Part shown: positions 1 to 9,124 of the stretch, one piece after another
How the letters are laid out: each line of letters starts with the position of its first letter
Position numbering within the stretch: position 1 is the first letter of the stretch
Assembly (NCBI RefSeq): GCF_030651915.1
Contig: NZ_JAUSBV010000002.1
Span: forward strand, 136,414 to 200,413
DNA from: Parvibaculum sp.
Lineage (GTDB): Bacteria; Pseudomonadota; Alphaproteobacteria; Parvibaculales; Parvibaculaceae
Length of the DNA stretch: 64,000 nucleotides
Reading direction: 5' to 3'
The notes under the pieces: generated by a model
The model's database searches: none
Told to the model about the DNA's origin: nothing
The model's input: the letters and a program-made list of their open reading frames with translations, nothing else
Translations under genes and position numbers: made by a program

Positions 1-984
1 AAACTGGGCGTCGGGCCTTCCGTTCATGATCACCAGCGGATCGAGAAGCGCCGCCTTGCGAAAGGTCGCGATCATCTCGTCCCAGGGCTTCTGCAGATTG
101 CGCTCCTTGATGACCGGCGCGAAATCGCTGCCGAGCGCATTCAGGATCATGTAGTAGCCGTAGAGCTTGCCCTTGGTGGTGTAGAAGACATCGTCGGCAC
201 CGGTATCGATCCAGCTGCCGGCATTCTCCGCGATGTGACGATCGATCATCGCCGATGAGGAGCCGAGATCGGCCGCAAAGCGGTCGATGGTTGCCAGCAG
301 ATTGTCGGAGCGGATATCGAAATTGGCAGTGCCGCGCGCGAGACGGTTGTTGTAGCTGAGCAGGCGCGCGCGCGCGTCGCGATATTGCGACTCGGAACTG
401 GCGCGCGGCACCAGCGAAACGGTCGGGTTCCAGATCCAGACATTGCCGGGATATTGCAGAAGACCCGCGGCGCGCTGCAGATCGGGATCGGCTTCCGAGG
501 ATCCGCGCGAACGGCCGAGCTGATCGGTCAGCTCGAAACCGAAACGCGCCAGCGCCGACATGATGCCCTGCTGATAGTTCGGCATGTTGTCGAGCAAGGT
601 GCCGGGCATGAAGAAGGGATCGTTGGCAACCCAGCTGTGGCGATTGACCTCGCGATCGATCAGGGCCGCGGCCATTGCCACCGCCGCACTGCCTTCCGGC
701 ACGAAGTCGGCGGCATCGGGCACGAAATCCGGATCGTCGTCGACCGCATGAACCCAGATCATGCCGATCGGATAATAGAGCAGGATGAAAACCACGAGGA
801 CGGTCGCGGTGCGGCGCAGAATGCCGCCCATGCCGGGGCGGTTGAGCGCCGCCGACAGGCCGGCGAAGGAAGGGCGCGCGGCGCCGGTTGAAGCCGCAGG
901 CGGCGTCGTGCCGTCGCCGCGCCGATACATCCAGCGGTGACGCAGCCTGTCCCACATGGCGGAAAGGCGTTCACGGAAGGACAT
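1..984 (-). CDS. DUF2333-family protein (3' end runs off the window)
   Basis: Manual translation of the minus strand from ATG at 984 (GGAG 8 nt upstream) is open to base 1: MSFRERLSAMWDRL...one TM segment...WVANDPFFMPGTLLDNMPNYQQGIMSALARF...DQLGRSRGSSEADPDL...LQYPGNVWIW. Missing from the ORF track because it has no stop in the window. Confidence 0.75.
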   Translation of the reverse strand, partial: MSFRERLSAMWDRLRHRWMYRRGDGTTPPAASTGAARPSFAGLSAALNRPGMGGILRRTATVLVVFILLYYPIGMIWVHAVDDDPDFVPDAADFVPEGSAAVAMAAALIDREVNRHSWVANDPFFMPGTLLDNMPNYQQGIMSALARFGFELTDQLGRSRGSSEADPDLQRAAGLLQYPGNVWIWNPTVSLVPRASSESQYRDARARLLSYNNRLARGTANFDIRSDNLLATIDRFAADLGSSSAMIDRHIAENAGSWIDTGADDVFYTTKGKLYGYYMILNALGSDFAPVIKERNLQKPWDEMIATFRKAALLDPLVIMNGRPDAQF

Positions 985-1035
985 GGGCAAAGCTCCGTCG
1001 GGCGCGGGTTGCAGGCGCGTTGTGAGGTCCCATCT

Positions 1036-1064
1036 AGATGGGGCCGGCGCCCCGCGGGATCAAG
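1036..1064 (-). promoter_or_regulatory. RpoH (sigma32)-type promoter upstream of the DUF2333 gene
   Basis: Minus strand reads CTTGAT-N16-CCCATCT, matching the alphaproteobacterial RpoH consensus CTTGAA-N15/16-CCTAT(A/C)T, about 50 nt upstream of the start codon. Confidence 0.5.
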
Positions 1065-1075
1065 TTCGTCCGCGT

Positions 1076-2083
1076 CTAGATGAAACCGATGATCTCCTTG
1101 ACGCGGCCCAGGATCGGATCGGCGACCGCATGGGCGCGATCCGCGCCCTGAGCCAGTACGCCGTCAATATACGCGGAATCGGCCATCAGCCGCTTCATTT
1201 CGCCGGTGATCGGCGAAAGTTTCTCGACCGCGAGATCGGCCAGTGCCGGCTTGAAGACCGAGAACTGCGCGCCGGCAAAGCGCGCCAGCACATCGGCCTT
1301 CGAGAGGCCGGCCAGTGCGGCATAGATGCCGACCAGATTGTCGGCACCCGGACGGCCCGCGAGACCCTCGACCGCCTCGGGCAGCGGATCGGGATCGGTT
1401 TGCGCCTTGCGGATTTTCTTGGCGATGTCGTCGGCGCTGTCGCGCATGGTGATGCGCGACAGATCGGAAGGATCCGATTTCGACATTTTCTTGGTGCCGT
1501 CGCGCAAGGACATCACGCGCGTCGCGGGGCCCATGATCAGCGGTTCGGGCAGCGGGAAGAAATCCGGCGCGTCGAAGTCGTTGTTGAATTTCTGCGCCGT
1601 GTCGCGGGCCAGTTCGAGGTGCTGCTTCTGGTCCTCGCCGACCGGCACATGGGTTGCGCGGTAGGCGAGAATGTCCGCTGCCATCAGCACCGGATAGGCA
1701 TAGAGGCCCACGCTCGCCTTTTCGCGGTCCTTGCCGGCCTTGTCCTTGAACTGGGTCATGCGGTTGAGCCAGCCGATGCGGGCGACGCAATTCAGGATCC
1801 AGGCAAGCTCGGCATGGGCCGAAACCTTCGACTGGTTGAAAATAACGTTCGTGGACGGATCGATACCCGATGCGATGTAGGCCGCGACGACCTCGCGCGT
1901 GTTCGAGGCCAGCTCCTTCGGGTCCTGCCAGACCGTGATCGCATGCATGTCAACGACGCAATAGATGCATTCATGCGTCTGCTGCAACGGCACGAAATTG
2001 CGGATCGCGCCGAGATAATTGCCGAGATGCAGATTGCCGGTGGGCTGGACGCCTGAAAAGACGCGGTTGCGGGGTTGTTCCAT
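1076..2083 (-). CDS. trpS: tryptophanyl-tRNA synthetase
   Basis: [15 protein letters not shown] (HIGH-like), [17 protein letters not shown] motif. Start is 2083 (or 2104). Confidence 0.97.
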   Translation of the reverse strand: MEQPRNRVFSGVQPTGNLHLGNYLGAIRNFVPLQQTHECIYCVVDMHAITVWQDPKELASNTREVVAAYIASGIDPSTNVIFNQSKVSAHAELAWILNCVARIGWLNRMTQFKDKAGKDREKASVGLYAYPVLMAADILAYRATHVPVGEDQKQHLELARDTAQKFNNDFDAPDFFPLPEPLIMGPATRVMSLRDGTKKMSKSDPSDLSRITMRDSADDIAKKIRKAQTDPDPLPEAVEGLAGRPGADNLVGIYAALAGLSKADVLARFAGAQFSVFKPALADLAVEKLSPITGEMKRLMADSAYIDGVLAQGADRAHAVADPILGRVKEIIGFI

Positions 2084-2130
2084 TGTCGAATTCCGAGCAC
2101 TCATGCGCCCGCGAAACCGGGCGTGCGGGG

Positions 2131-2159
2131 TTTATGCGGCGGACGGGAAGTGAAGGCAA
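2131..2159 (-). promoter_or_regulatory. sigma70-type promoter of trpS
   Basis: Minus strand TTGCCT-N17-CATAAA. Confidence 0.4.
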
Positions 2160-2200
2160 TCCCCCTTCAGATCAGAACGATTCGCAGAAAATACCCCCCT

Positions 2201-2229
2201 CTGTCACGGAACTGTCACAAAACTGTCAT
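2201..2229 (+). promoter_or_regulatory. triple Pho box (PhoB binding site)
   Basis: CTGTCAC-GGAA-CTGTCAC-AAAA-CTGTCAT: three heptamers at 2201, 2212 and 2223 with exact 11-bp periodicity, matching the PhoB consensus CTGTCAT-N4-CTGTCAT. Confidence 0.8.
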
Positions 2230-2236
2230 AAATGGC

Positions 2237-2360
2237 CCGGGCGGCGATTTATCCCCGGTTCCGACCCCGGGGATAAGTGGACTTATCCCCGCTTCGACAT
2301 GCGCCGGGGGGCGGAAGAAACTTATCCCCGGGTTTCGGACGCCCCGCCGGGCGGCGATTT
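2237..2360. repeat. hairpin / REP-like repeat cluster
   Basis: Direct repeat CCGGGCGGCGATTT at 2237 and 2347. TTATCCCCG at 2249, 2283 and 2322. Perfect 10-bp stem TTATCCCCGG (2249-2258) / CCGGGGATAA (2267-2276). Confidence 0.7.
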
Positions 2361-2362
2361 CA

Positions 2363-5300
2363 TCAGAATTCGATTCGCAACTCCGCTCGCAATCCGTGGT
2401 CGCGGGCACCGGAGGCATATTCGCCGGCATAGCCGAAGGTGAGGGTGGTGGTGGCGTCGAGCCTGGCGGCGACAGCGGCGTCCAGCGCCAGCGTGTTTTC
2501 GGCGACCGGTGCGCCGCGGACCGCGAAAGTGGTGGCCGGCGCCGAAGCGAAGGCGGCACGCGAGGCGGGATCGACGTCGCCGAAGGCGTGACGCCAGGCG
2601 AGCGCGCCAGAGAGCGCGACCTGTCCGGTTTCGCGGCGGGCGCGCAGGCCGAGCGTCGAGACGCCGGTGGTGTTGCCGGTGGCGCCAAAGGTCAGTGCGG
2701 CCGTGCCGCCGGTTTCGGTGAAGCCTTCGGTCTCGACATGGACGGCGGCCAGACCGGCAAAGGGGGTCAGCGTCAGGGTGCCCCAATCGAGGTCGTATCC
2801 GGCTTCCATGCCCGCCTGGAAAGTGTGGGTGGCGTAGTCGGCCGAAAGATTGTTCGTCAGTCCACCGACGATGACGGTGCGCTCGGCTTCGGTCCTGCCA
2901 TAGGCGTAGGAGAGGATGCCCTTGAGGGCGACATTGCCGAGCGTCGTGCCCGCGTAGCCGGCGATGTGGAAATTGTCGCTGTCGGCCGACGAGCCGAGCG
3001 TCTTCACATCGTAGCCCGCGCGGCTGTAGCCCAGCGCGATGCCGGCGCGCAGGCCATCGGCGATCTCGCGGTCGGCACCGCCGATGAAGCCGTAGCTGTC
3101 GCGGCCGATCGCGGCGGTGACGGCATTGCCGTCGGTCTTGCCCCATGAACCGAAAAGCTGACCCCAGACCGCATGTCCCGGCGCCGGCGCATCGCCGGCC
3201 GCGGGCGCCTGTTTCGCCGCCGCCGTGCCGAAGCCGCCAAAGCCGCCGCCGAAGATCCGGGCGAGGCGATCGAGAATCTGCTGACGAATCTGCTGCACAC
3301 CGAGGAACTGCGCCGTCGAGGAACTGGCATGGACCTCGCCCGAGAGCGAATTGAACGCAGAGCGCGCCTGATCCTCGGTCAGACCGAGAAGCGCGTCATA
3401 GAGCGGATTGCCGGGGCCGAAGGTCTGGACCGTGCTTGCCACGCCCTGCTGGTTCGGCGTCACAGCGACATCCTGAAAATCCGCCGCGATGTTGAGGGTC
3501 AGATAGACATTGTTGGCATCGTAGGAGAGCAGGGAATTCAGAAAGGCGAAATTGTCGGTGACGGTGCCGAAAGTGCCGGTGATGCCGCCATCGGCGGTCA
3601 GGATTGTGTAGATCGTACCCGGTGCGTAGGTCGCGCCGTCATCGGTGCCGTTTTCGGGCGTGACATGGACGGAGGCGCCGCCATCGATTGTGGCGGCGCC
3701 GGTTGCGTGGAGCCAGTCATTGTTGACGCCGGCCGTGTTGCCGCCGTCGTTGACCTCGACCTCGTAGGTCGAACCGGAGGCAAAATCGAGCGTGCCGGAG
3801 ACATTCAGTGTACCAATTGAATTTCCGGGTGCAAGGATGGCGCCCGCGCCGAGCGTCGTTGCGGCGAGGGTGCCCGCGCCGCCGAGGCGAGCGTCGGCGA
3901 CGTTCAGCGTGCCGCCGAGAAGGCCGTTGACGATCAGCGCGCCCGCATCGACGAATGTCGCGCCGGCAAAGGTGGAACTGTCGCCGGTCAGCGTCGTCGC
4001 GCCGGCGCCGGCCTGGCGGAAATCGCCGGCGCCGGAAAGGACGCCCGCCCAGGTCAAGGCGTTGGAGCGGTCGATCACCAGCGTGCCGTCATTGGCGATG
4101 TCGCCGGAGACGGAACCCGCGGTGCCGCCATTGCCGAGCTGCAATGTGCCGCCCGAAATCGTTGTACCGCCGGTATGGGTGGCGGCGGCGGTCAGGATCG
4201 TCTCGCCATTTTCGACCAGCACCTCGCCGGCGCCGGAAATGCCAGCGGCGAAGAGATGGTCGTTGTCCGTGTGATTGAAGACCAGTGTGCCATCTCCGGC
4301 ACCGAAGACAACGGAAGCGGCAGCGAGCGTGCCAGCGGCCACCGCCGCGTCGCCCGAGGCGGCGCCGATGTTCAGGGTGCCGGTGGAGCCGGCCTGGTCG
4401 GCGATCCTTACCGCGCCCGCACCGCCCGCGACCTCAACCGTGCCGCCATCCGATATGTCGAGCGTGCCGGCGCCGGAATTGCCGACATAGAGCTGACCGC
4501 TGTTGGTCCATGCGGAACCCGCGCCCGTCACTGTGACTTCACCGGCGCCGGTCGCGTGGCGGCCGACATAGCCCGTGGTGTTCGAGACAGATCCGCCATC
4601 GGCGATGTCGAGCGTGGCGCCGCCCCAGACGCCGATATAGAGCTCGCCGGAATTGGTCCAGGCGGAATCCGCGCCATCGACGGTGACCGCGCTGCTGCCC
4701 GCCGCGAAATAGCCGACAAGGCCGTCGACATTGGAGACGGCACCGCCGCCCGAAATGGCGAGCGTGGCATCGCCCGAATTGCCGACGGCGAGGTTGCTGC
4801 TGAAGTTCCATTCCGAGCCGGTGCCATCGACCGTGACGTCGCCGGAACTGCCCGCCTGATTGGCGATGATGGCGAAAGTGTTGGAAACGACACCGCCAGA
4901 GGCGATGTCGAGTATGCCGGCGCCAAGTTCACCGATGGTGAGCTGGCCGCTATTGGTCCATGTCGAGCCGGCGCCGTCGATCGTGGCGGTGCCGCTGCCG
5001 GTCGCGGTGGTGCCGATGGCGCCGTTGTGATTGGAGACCGCGCCGCCATTGGTGACGTTGAGCGTGCCGGTGCCGGAGTTGCCGACATAAAGCGTGTTGC
5101 CGATGGCCCAGGTGGAACCGGCGCCGTCGACTTCGACGGTGCCGCTGTTGCCCGCCGTTTCACCGGCCGAGCCGATGCTGGAGAGGGCGCCGGCGGCGCC
5201 GATCTGCGCGGTGCCGCCATTGTTGACGATGGCGATGTCGCCGGCGCCGGGCACGCCGCCGGCCCAGTTGCCGGCATCGAACCAGTCGCCGGCGCCGCCG

Positions 5301-5416
5301 CTCCAGAAGGAATCGGCGCGGGCGGTGGCGTGCGAAAGCCCGGCAAGCGCGGTGCCGAGCATCAATGCCGCGATGTGGCGGCGCCTTGTGGCGGCCGTTC
5401 TGTTGCGCGCGGTCAT
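2363..5416 (-). CDS. type Va autotransporter with repeat-rich passenger (T5SS/PEP-CTERM-associated-like repeats plus autotransporter-associated beta-strand repeat)
   Basis: ATG at 5416 with GAGGGGG RBS. Signal peptide ending ARA/DSFW. Five 50-aa Gly/Asn/Thr repeats, an [24 protein letters not shown] repeat and a [12 protein letters not shown] linker. C-terminal beta-barrel ends LRIEF (terminal Phe). Confidence 0.9.
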   Translation of the reverse strand: MTARNRTAATRRRHIAALMLGTALAGLSHATARADSFWSGGAGDWFDAGNWAGGVPGAGDIAIVNNGGTAQIGAAGALSSIGSAGETAGNSGTVEVDGAGSTWAIGNTLYVGNSGTGTLNVTNGGAVSNHNGAIGTTATGSGTATIDGAGSTWTNSGQLTIGELGAGILDIASGGVVSNTFAIIANQAGSSGDVTVDGTGSEWNFSSNLAVGNSGDATLAISGGGAVSNVDGLVGYFAAGSSAVTVDGADSAWTNSGELYIGVWGGATLDIADGGSVSNTTGYVGRHATGAGEVTVTGAGSAWTNSGQLYVGNSGAGTLDISDGGTVEVAGGAGAVRIADQAGSTGTLNIGAASGDAAVAAGTLAAASVVFGAGDGTLVFNHTDNDHLFAAGISGAGEVLVENGETILTAAATHTGGTTISGGTLQLGNGGTAGSVSGDIANDGTLVIDRSNALTWAGVLSGAGDFRQAGAGATTLTGDSSTFAGATFVDAGALIVNGLLGGTLNVADARLGGAGTLAATTLGAGAILAPGNSIGTLNVSGTLDFASGSTYEVEVNDGGNTAGVNNDWLHATGAATIDGGASVHVTPENGTDDGATYAPGTIYTILTADGGITGTFGTVTDNFAFLNSLLSYDANNVYLTLNIAADFQDVAVTPNQQGVASTVQTFGPGNPLYDALLGLTEDQARSAFNSLSGEVHASSSTAQFLGVQQIRQQILDRLARIFGGGFGGFGTAAAKQAPAAGDAPAPGHAVWGQLFGSWGKTDGNAVTAAIGRDSYGFIGGADREIADGLRAGIALGYSRAGYDVKTLGSSADSDNFHIAGYAGTTLGNVALKGILSYAYGRTEAERTVIVGGLTNNLSADYATHTFQAGMEAGYDLDWGTLTLTPFAGLAAVHVETEGFTETGGTAALTFGATGNTTGVSTLGLRARRETGQVALSGALAWRHAFGDVDPASRAAFASAPATTFAVRGAPVAENTLALDAAVAARLDATTTLTFGYAGEYASGARDHGLRAELRIEF
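4432..5146 (-). repeat. five ~150-bp (50-aa) coding repeats in the autotransporter passenger
   Basis: Units [13 protein letters not shown]..., [13 protein letters not shown]..., [13 protein letters not shown]..., [13 protein letters not shown]..., [13 protein letters not shown]..., each followed by LxVGxxGxGTLxIxxGGxVSN. Confidence 0.85.
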
Positions 5417-5479
5417 CGGAACCCCCTCTTCGCCCGGACATTGAGTCGGGCCGATTGTCCGGGGGCGGAGGCGGGGGAG

Positions 5480-5503
5480 ACAGATGTACAGGTGTACAGG
5501 TGC
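5480..5503. promoter_or_regulatory. candidate operator: three tandem 8-bp units between the autotransporter and the response regulator
   Basis: ACAGATGT-ACAGGTGT-ACAGGTGC in the 150-bp divergent intergenic region. Confidence 0.45.
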
Positions 5504-5565
5504 CATTAACCCTGCCGGGGGATAGACTCCGGCAAAAGGCCACCAATTCAGGGGGACGCGGGCGC

Positions 5566-6192
5566 TTGGCCGAGGAACGCATCATCGTTGCCGACGATCA
5601 TCCGGTGTTCCGGATGGGGATGCGGCATATCCTGGCGCGCGTTTCGCCCGGCGCGACAATCGAGGAGGCGGGCACGTTCGAGGAGGTGCTGGCGCTTGCC
5701 GGAAGCGGCGCGACACCGGCGATGTTCGTGCTCGACCTGGTGTTTCCCGGTTTCGCGGCCGAGACGTCGATCGCCGATTTGCGACGGCGCTTTCCGCGGG
5801 CGACGCTGGCCGTCGTGTCGATGGCCGACGATGCCGAGACCATCGACCTGGTGATGGCGGCCGGCGCCGACGGCTTTGTCGGCAAGGCGGTGCCGCCCGA
5901 GGAGATCGCCGAGGCGCTGGGCGCGATCCGCGCCGGCGAAATCGTGGTGCGGTCGGCCGCGCCCGATCTGCCCTCGGCGCCGGGACGAGCGGCGCGCGAT
6001 GACGAGGTGCAGCTTTCGCCGCGCCAGCGCGAAGTGTTGCGGCTTGTCGCCACCGGCATGACCAACAAGGAAATCGGCCGCCAACTCGGCATTTCGCCGG
6101 TGACGGCGCGGATGCATGTGTCGGCGCTTTTGCGCACGCTCGGCGTCGGCAGCCGTGCGGCGGCGGCGGCAGCGGCCGACCGGTTGCTCTGA
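5566..6192 (+). CDS. NarL/LuxR-family response regulator
   Basis: TTG start after GGGGGA. REC domain ([10 protein letters not shown]...FVLDLVFPG...GFVGK) and LuxR HTH ([40 protein letters not shown]). Confidence 0.92.
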   Translation: MAEERIIVADDHPVFRMGMRHILARVSPGATIEEAGTFEEVLALAGSGATPAMFVLDLVFPGFAAETSIADLRRRFPRATLAVVSMADDAETIDLVMAAGADGFVGKAVPPEEIAEALGAIRAGEIVVRSAAPDLPSAPGRAARDDEVQLSPRQREVLRLVATGMTNKEIGRQLGISPVTARMHVSALLRTLGVGSRAAAAAAADRLL

Positions 6193-6195
6193 CGC

Positions 6196-7974
6196 TCAGA
6201 CGCGCATGGCTTCGCCGGCGATATCCAGAGCGGCGTCGAGAGCAAAGCCCGTCAGCAGGGCGCGCAATTCGGCCGGATGAACCGGCTTGCGCAAAAAGGG
6301 GATGCCGGCGCGGGCGAGGCGGGCCAGCGTTTCAGGCTCGGAGCGACCCGAGACGATTGCCGCCGGTACATCCCAGCCCTCGGCGGCGCGGATTGCCGCG
6401 ATGGCGTCGAGACCGTCCGTTTCACCGCCGAGATCGAAATCGCTGACGATCGCGTCGCAGCCGACCGTGCCTGCGGGCAGTGCCCGAAAGGCCGCGACCT
6501 CGCAACCCCAGCGGCGCAGCAGTATGGCGCTTGCCGACAGCACTTCGGCGTCGTCGTCGATCAGGCAGACGCGAAGGCCGGTCAGCGGATGCTGGCGGCG
6601 GGCGCGGGAGACGGCTTCGGCGACCGGCGCGACCGGGCGCAATCCCGAAATGCGCAATCGTGTGCCGCGGCCGGGAACGGAGGCGGCGGCGACATCGAGG
6701 CCCGTCAGCTCGGCAAGGCGACGGACGATGGCAAGGCCGAGGCCGAGGCCCTCGGTGGCGCGAACGGCCGGGCGGTCGGCGCGAAAGAACTCGTCGAAGA
6801 TGCGCCTGAAATCCTTCTCCGCAATGCCGGGACCGGTGTCGACGACCTCGATCGCGACGCTGCCGCCGGCGCGGCGGGCGCCGATGAGTATGCGGGCCTG
6901 CGGCGCATATTTCAGCGCGTTGGACAGAAGGTTCTGCACCATGGCCGAGAGCAGGGCGGGATCGGCCTCGACCCAGAGCGTTGTCGGGACGATGCGAAGG
7001 GTGCAGCCGTTCGCCTCGGCGATGTCGGCGTTCTGACGGGCGATGCCCTGCAGCAATTCGCCGAGCGCGAGGGGCTCGGGCTGGGGAACGATGCCGCCGA
7101 CATCGAGACGCGAAATGTCGAGCAGCGAGCCGAGCAGGCGGCTGACCGAGCGCGCCGCATTGTCGACGCTGCCGACGAGCTTCGCCGCCTCGGCGCCGAG
7201 ATCGAGATCGCGTAGACAGGCGGCGAAGAGGCCGATGGCGTGGATCGGCTGACGCAGATCGTGGCTTGCATGGGCCAGAAAGCGCGACTTGGAGAGATTG
7301 GCCTCGACGGCTTCGGCGCGCGCCTGTTCGAGCTCGGCCGCCATTTGCGTCAACTCGGCCAGACGCGCATCGAGCGAACGAGCGAGCGCAACGTTGGCGC
7401 GCATGAAGCGCAGCATGTGGACGGCAAGGATCGAGAGAATGGCGGCGTAGAGAAGCACCATGCCCATGACCACGGCGCCGAGAAACGCCGGTTCGTGAAA
7501 GAGATGGGCAAGGCCGAGCAGCGGCACCGAGGTCCAGAGGCTGACGAAGCAGGAGCGCGGCAGCACATGCTGCGAGGAGACGGCGCCGAGCGCCGTGCCA
7601 CCCAGCGCCAGCGAATAGATCAGCAGGTTTTCGAATTCGCCCGTCGCCGCGCCGAAAGCACCCAGACCCCAGGCGATGCCGACCAGAAAAGTGAGGCTCG
7701 TGTGTGCAACACCGAAACGCCGCGCGGCTTCGTCGCCAGCCGGCGGGCGGCGCACATAGAAACGGGCCAGCAGCGAAAGCGAGAGCGACAGCAGAACCAT
7801 CGCGGCGCACCAGAGCAACGGCCAGCGGTCTTCGGGATGCGCATTGACGAGAACGCCCGCCGTCGCCGCGACGACGCCGACATGGACCAGCCACGCCTGA
7901 AAGCCGAGGTCGAAAAGATAGTCGAGCTGCCAGCGTTCGGCGCGGAAATAACCCCGCGCCCGCTCAGGTGCCAT
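6196..7974 (-). CDS. membrane-bound hybrid sensor histidine kinase (TM sensor-HisKA-HATPase-REC)
   Basis: Five to six TM segments, H-box SRFLAHASHDLRQP, N-box QNLLSNALKY, G1 DTGPGI, G2 GLGLGLAI and a C-terminal REC (LIDDD...VSDFDL...LRKP). RBS GAGGGGAG. Confidence 0.9.
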   Translation of the reverse strand: MAPERARGYFRAERWQLDYLFDLGFQAWLVHVGVVAATAGVLVNAHPEDRWPLLWCAAMVLLSLSLSLLARFYVRRPPAGDEAARRFGVAHTSLTFLVGIAWGLGAFGAATGEFENLLIYSLALGGTALGAVSSQHVLPRSCFVSLWTSVPLLGLAHLFHEPAFLGAVVMGMVLLYAAILSILAVHMLRFMRANVALARSLDARLAELTQMAAELEQARAEAVEANLSKSRFLAHASHDLRQPIHAIGLFAACLRDLDLGAEAAKLVGSVDNAARSVSRLLGSLLDISRLDVGGIVPQPEPLALGELLQGIARQNADIAEANGCTLRIVPTTLWVEADPALLSAMVQNLLSNALKYAPQARILIGARRAGGSVAIEVVDTGPGIAEKDFRRIFDEFFRADRPAVRATEGLGLGLAIVRRLAELTGLDVAAASVPGRGTRLRISGLRPVAPVAEAVSRARRQHPLTGLRVCLIDDDAEVLSASAILLRRWGCEVAAFRALPAGTVGCDAIVSDFDLGGETDGLDAIAAIRAAEGWDVPAAIVSGRSEPETLARLARAGIPFLRKPVHPAELRALLTGFALDAALDIAGEAMRV

Positions 7975-8235
7975 CACACACTCCCCTCGGTTCCCGCCCG
8001 CACACCCGGCACCCATCACGGCGCGGCGGCGGCGCGTTGTCAAGGCGGGACCGCTGGTACCCGAGCGCGTGGCGGAGACCGGAAAGCCGCGCGGCGGCGA
8101 GCCCGCCTTCCCGTCAACGTCGCTCGCCCGGATTTTCCGTGCATGGCGAATGTCCGTTCGCCAATCGTCCGGACACAAATCGACCGGGCGACATGGACGG
8201 GGGGTCCAATCGCGACGTCGGCCCAGAACCGATTT

Positions 8236-9120
8236 TTACCGGGACGTGTTTTCCGGCGGGCGCGGCTGTCGAAACCCGAGTGAGAGATCGAAGGCGGTGT
8301 CGACCAGCGCGAACTTGACCGCCTGCACCTGCAGATATTCATGGAGGAAAGCGCGCGACACCCACATCGCCGAGCGGCCGCGCTTTCCCTCCCAGCCGAG
8401 ACCGCCCGCCGTTTCCGCATCGCGCAGCCGGCGGGTCAGATGCGTCTGCGACAGTTTCAGCGCTCTCGCCATTTCGGCGACCGAGACGTTGCCGGCCGGG
8501 ATCCGCACCGCATCGGGCGCGACGTCGCCGATGCCGGCCGTCAGCCAGTCCATGACGAAGCCGCGACTGTTGACCCAGATGAATTGCGGATATGTCCGCT
8601 CCGGTGCGCGCGTCGGGCCGGAGGCAAAAAGGCCGTCGGCGATCCGCGGCTGGATCGCCTCGAGCGCGGCGGGGAGGCCACGAAAGGTTTGCAGCCGGCG
8701 GCCGCCATCGAGCGCATCGAGCGTCGTCAATTGCGTCGCCACCCAGGTGGTCAAGGCGTCGAGCGCGGATGGCGCCGGCTCGATCGGGCGGGTGCGCCCG
8801 TCGCCGGCGCCCGGCATGTACTGCACGATGCGGTATTTCAGCATTTCATGGATGAAGGCATGACCGGTGTTGCGGCTGGCGATCTCGTGTTTCGCAATTT
8901 CATCGAAGAAGCGCGCCGCTGTCAGGCCGCTGCGCGGGTCGGCCGGGTCGCGCCGGAAATGGAGGGCGAAGGCGGCATGCGCCATCAGGTAGCGCTGGTT
9001 GCCGAAAACGGCGGCCGCACGCGGATCGGCTTCGTAGACCGCGAAGAGCGCCCGGGATTGCCGCTGAACGAGGCCGAGCAAGGCGGGGTGAGCGGCAATC
9101 CGGTCGACCGAGAGCGCCAT
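8236..9120 (-). CDS. hypothetical protein, predicted tandem winged-helix DNA-binding protein
   Basis: 294-aa ORF with host-like codon usage, starting 4 nt after the murJ stop. HTH-like segments ASRNTGHAFIHEMLKYRIV...GDGRTRPIEP and VSVAEMARALKLSQTHLTRRLRDAETAGGLGW. Confidence 0.7.
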   Translation of the reverse strand: MALSVDRIAAHPALLGLVQRQSRALFAVYEADPRAAAVFGNQRYLMAHAAFALHFRRDPADPRSGLTAARFFDEIAKHEIASRNTGHAFIHEMLKYRIVQYMPGAGDGRTRPIEPAPSALDALTTWVATQLTTLDALDGGRRLQTFRGLPAALEAIQPRIADGLFASGPTRAPERTYPQFIWVNSRGFVMDWLTAGIGDVAPDAVRIPAGNVSVAEMARALKLSQTHLTRRLRDAETAGGLGWEGKRGRSAMWVSRAFLHEYLQVQAVKFALVDTAFDLSLGFRQPRPPENTSR

Positions 9121-9124
9121 CGGC

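Noticed and set aside
2084-2200. Possible T-box or attenuator leader for trpS
   Set aside because: No Trp-codon leader peptide, T-box motif or terminator/antiterminator is visible, and a plain sigma70-like promoter fits.
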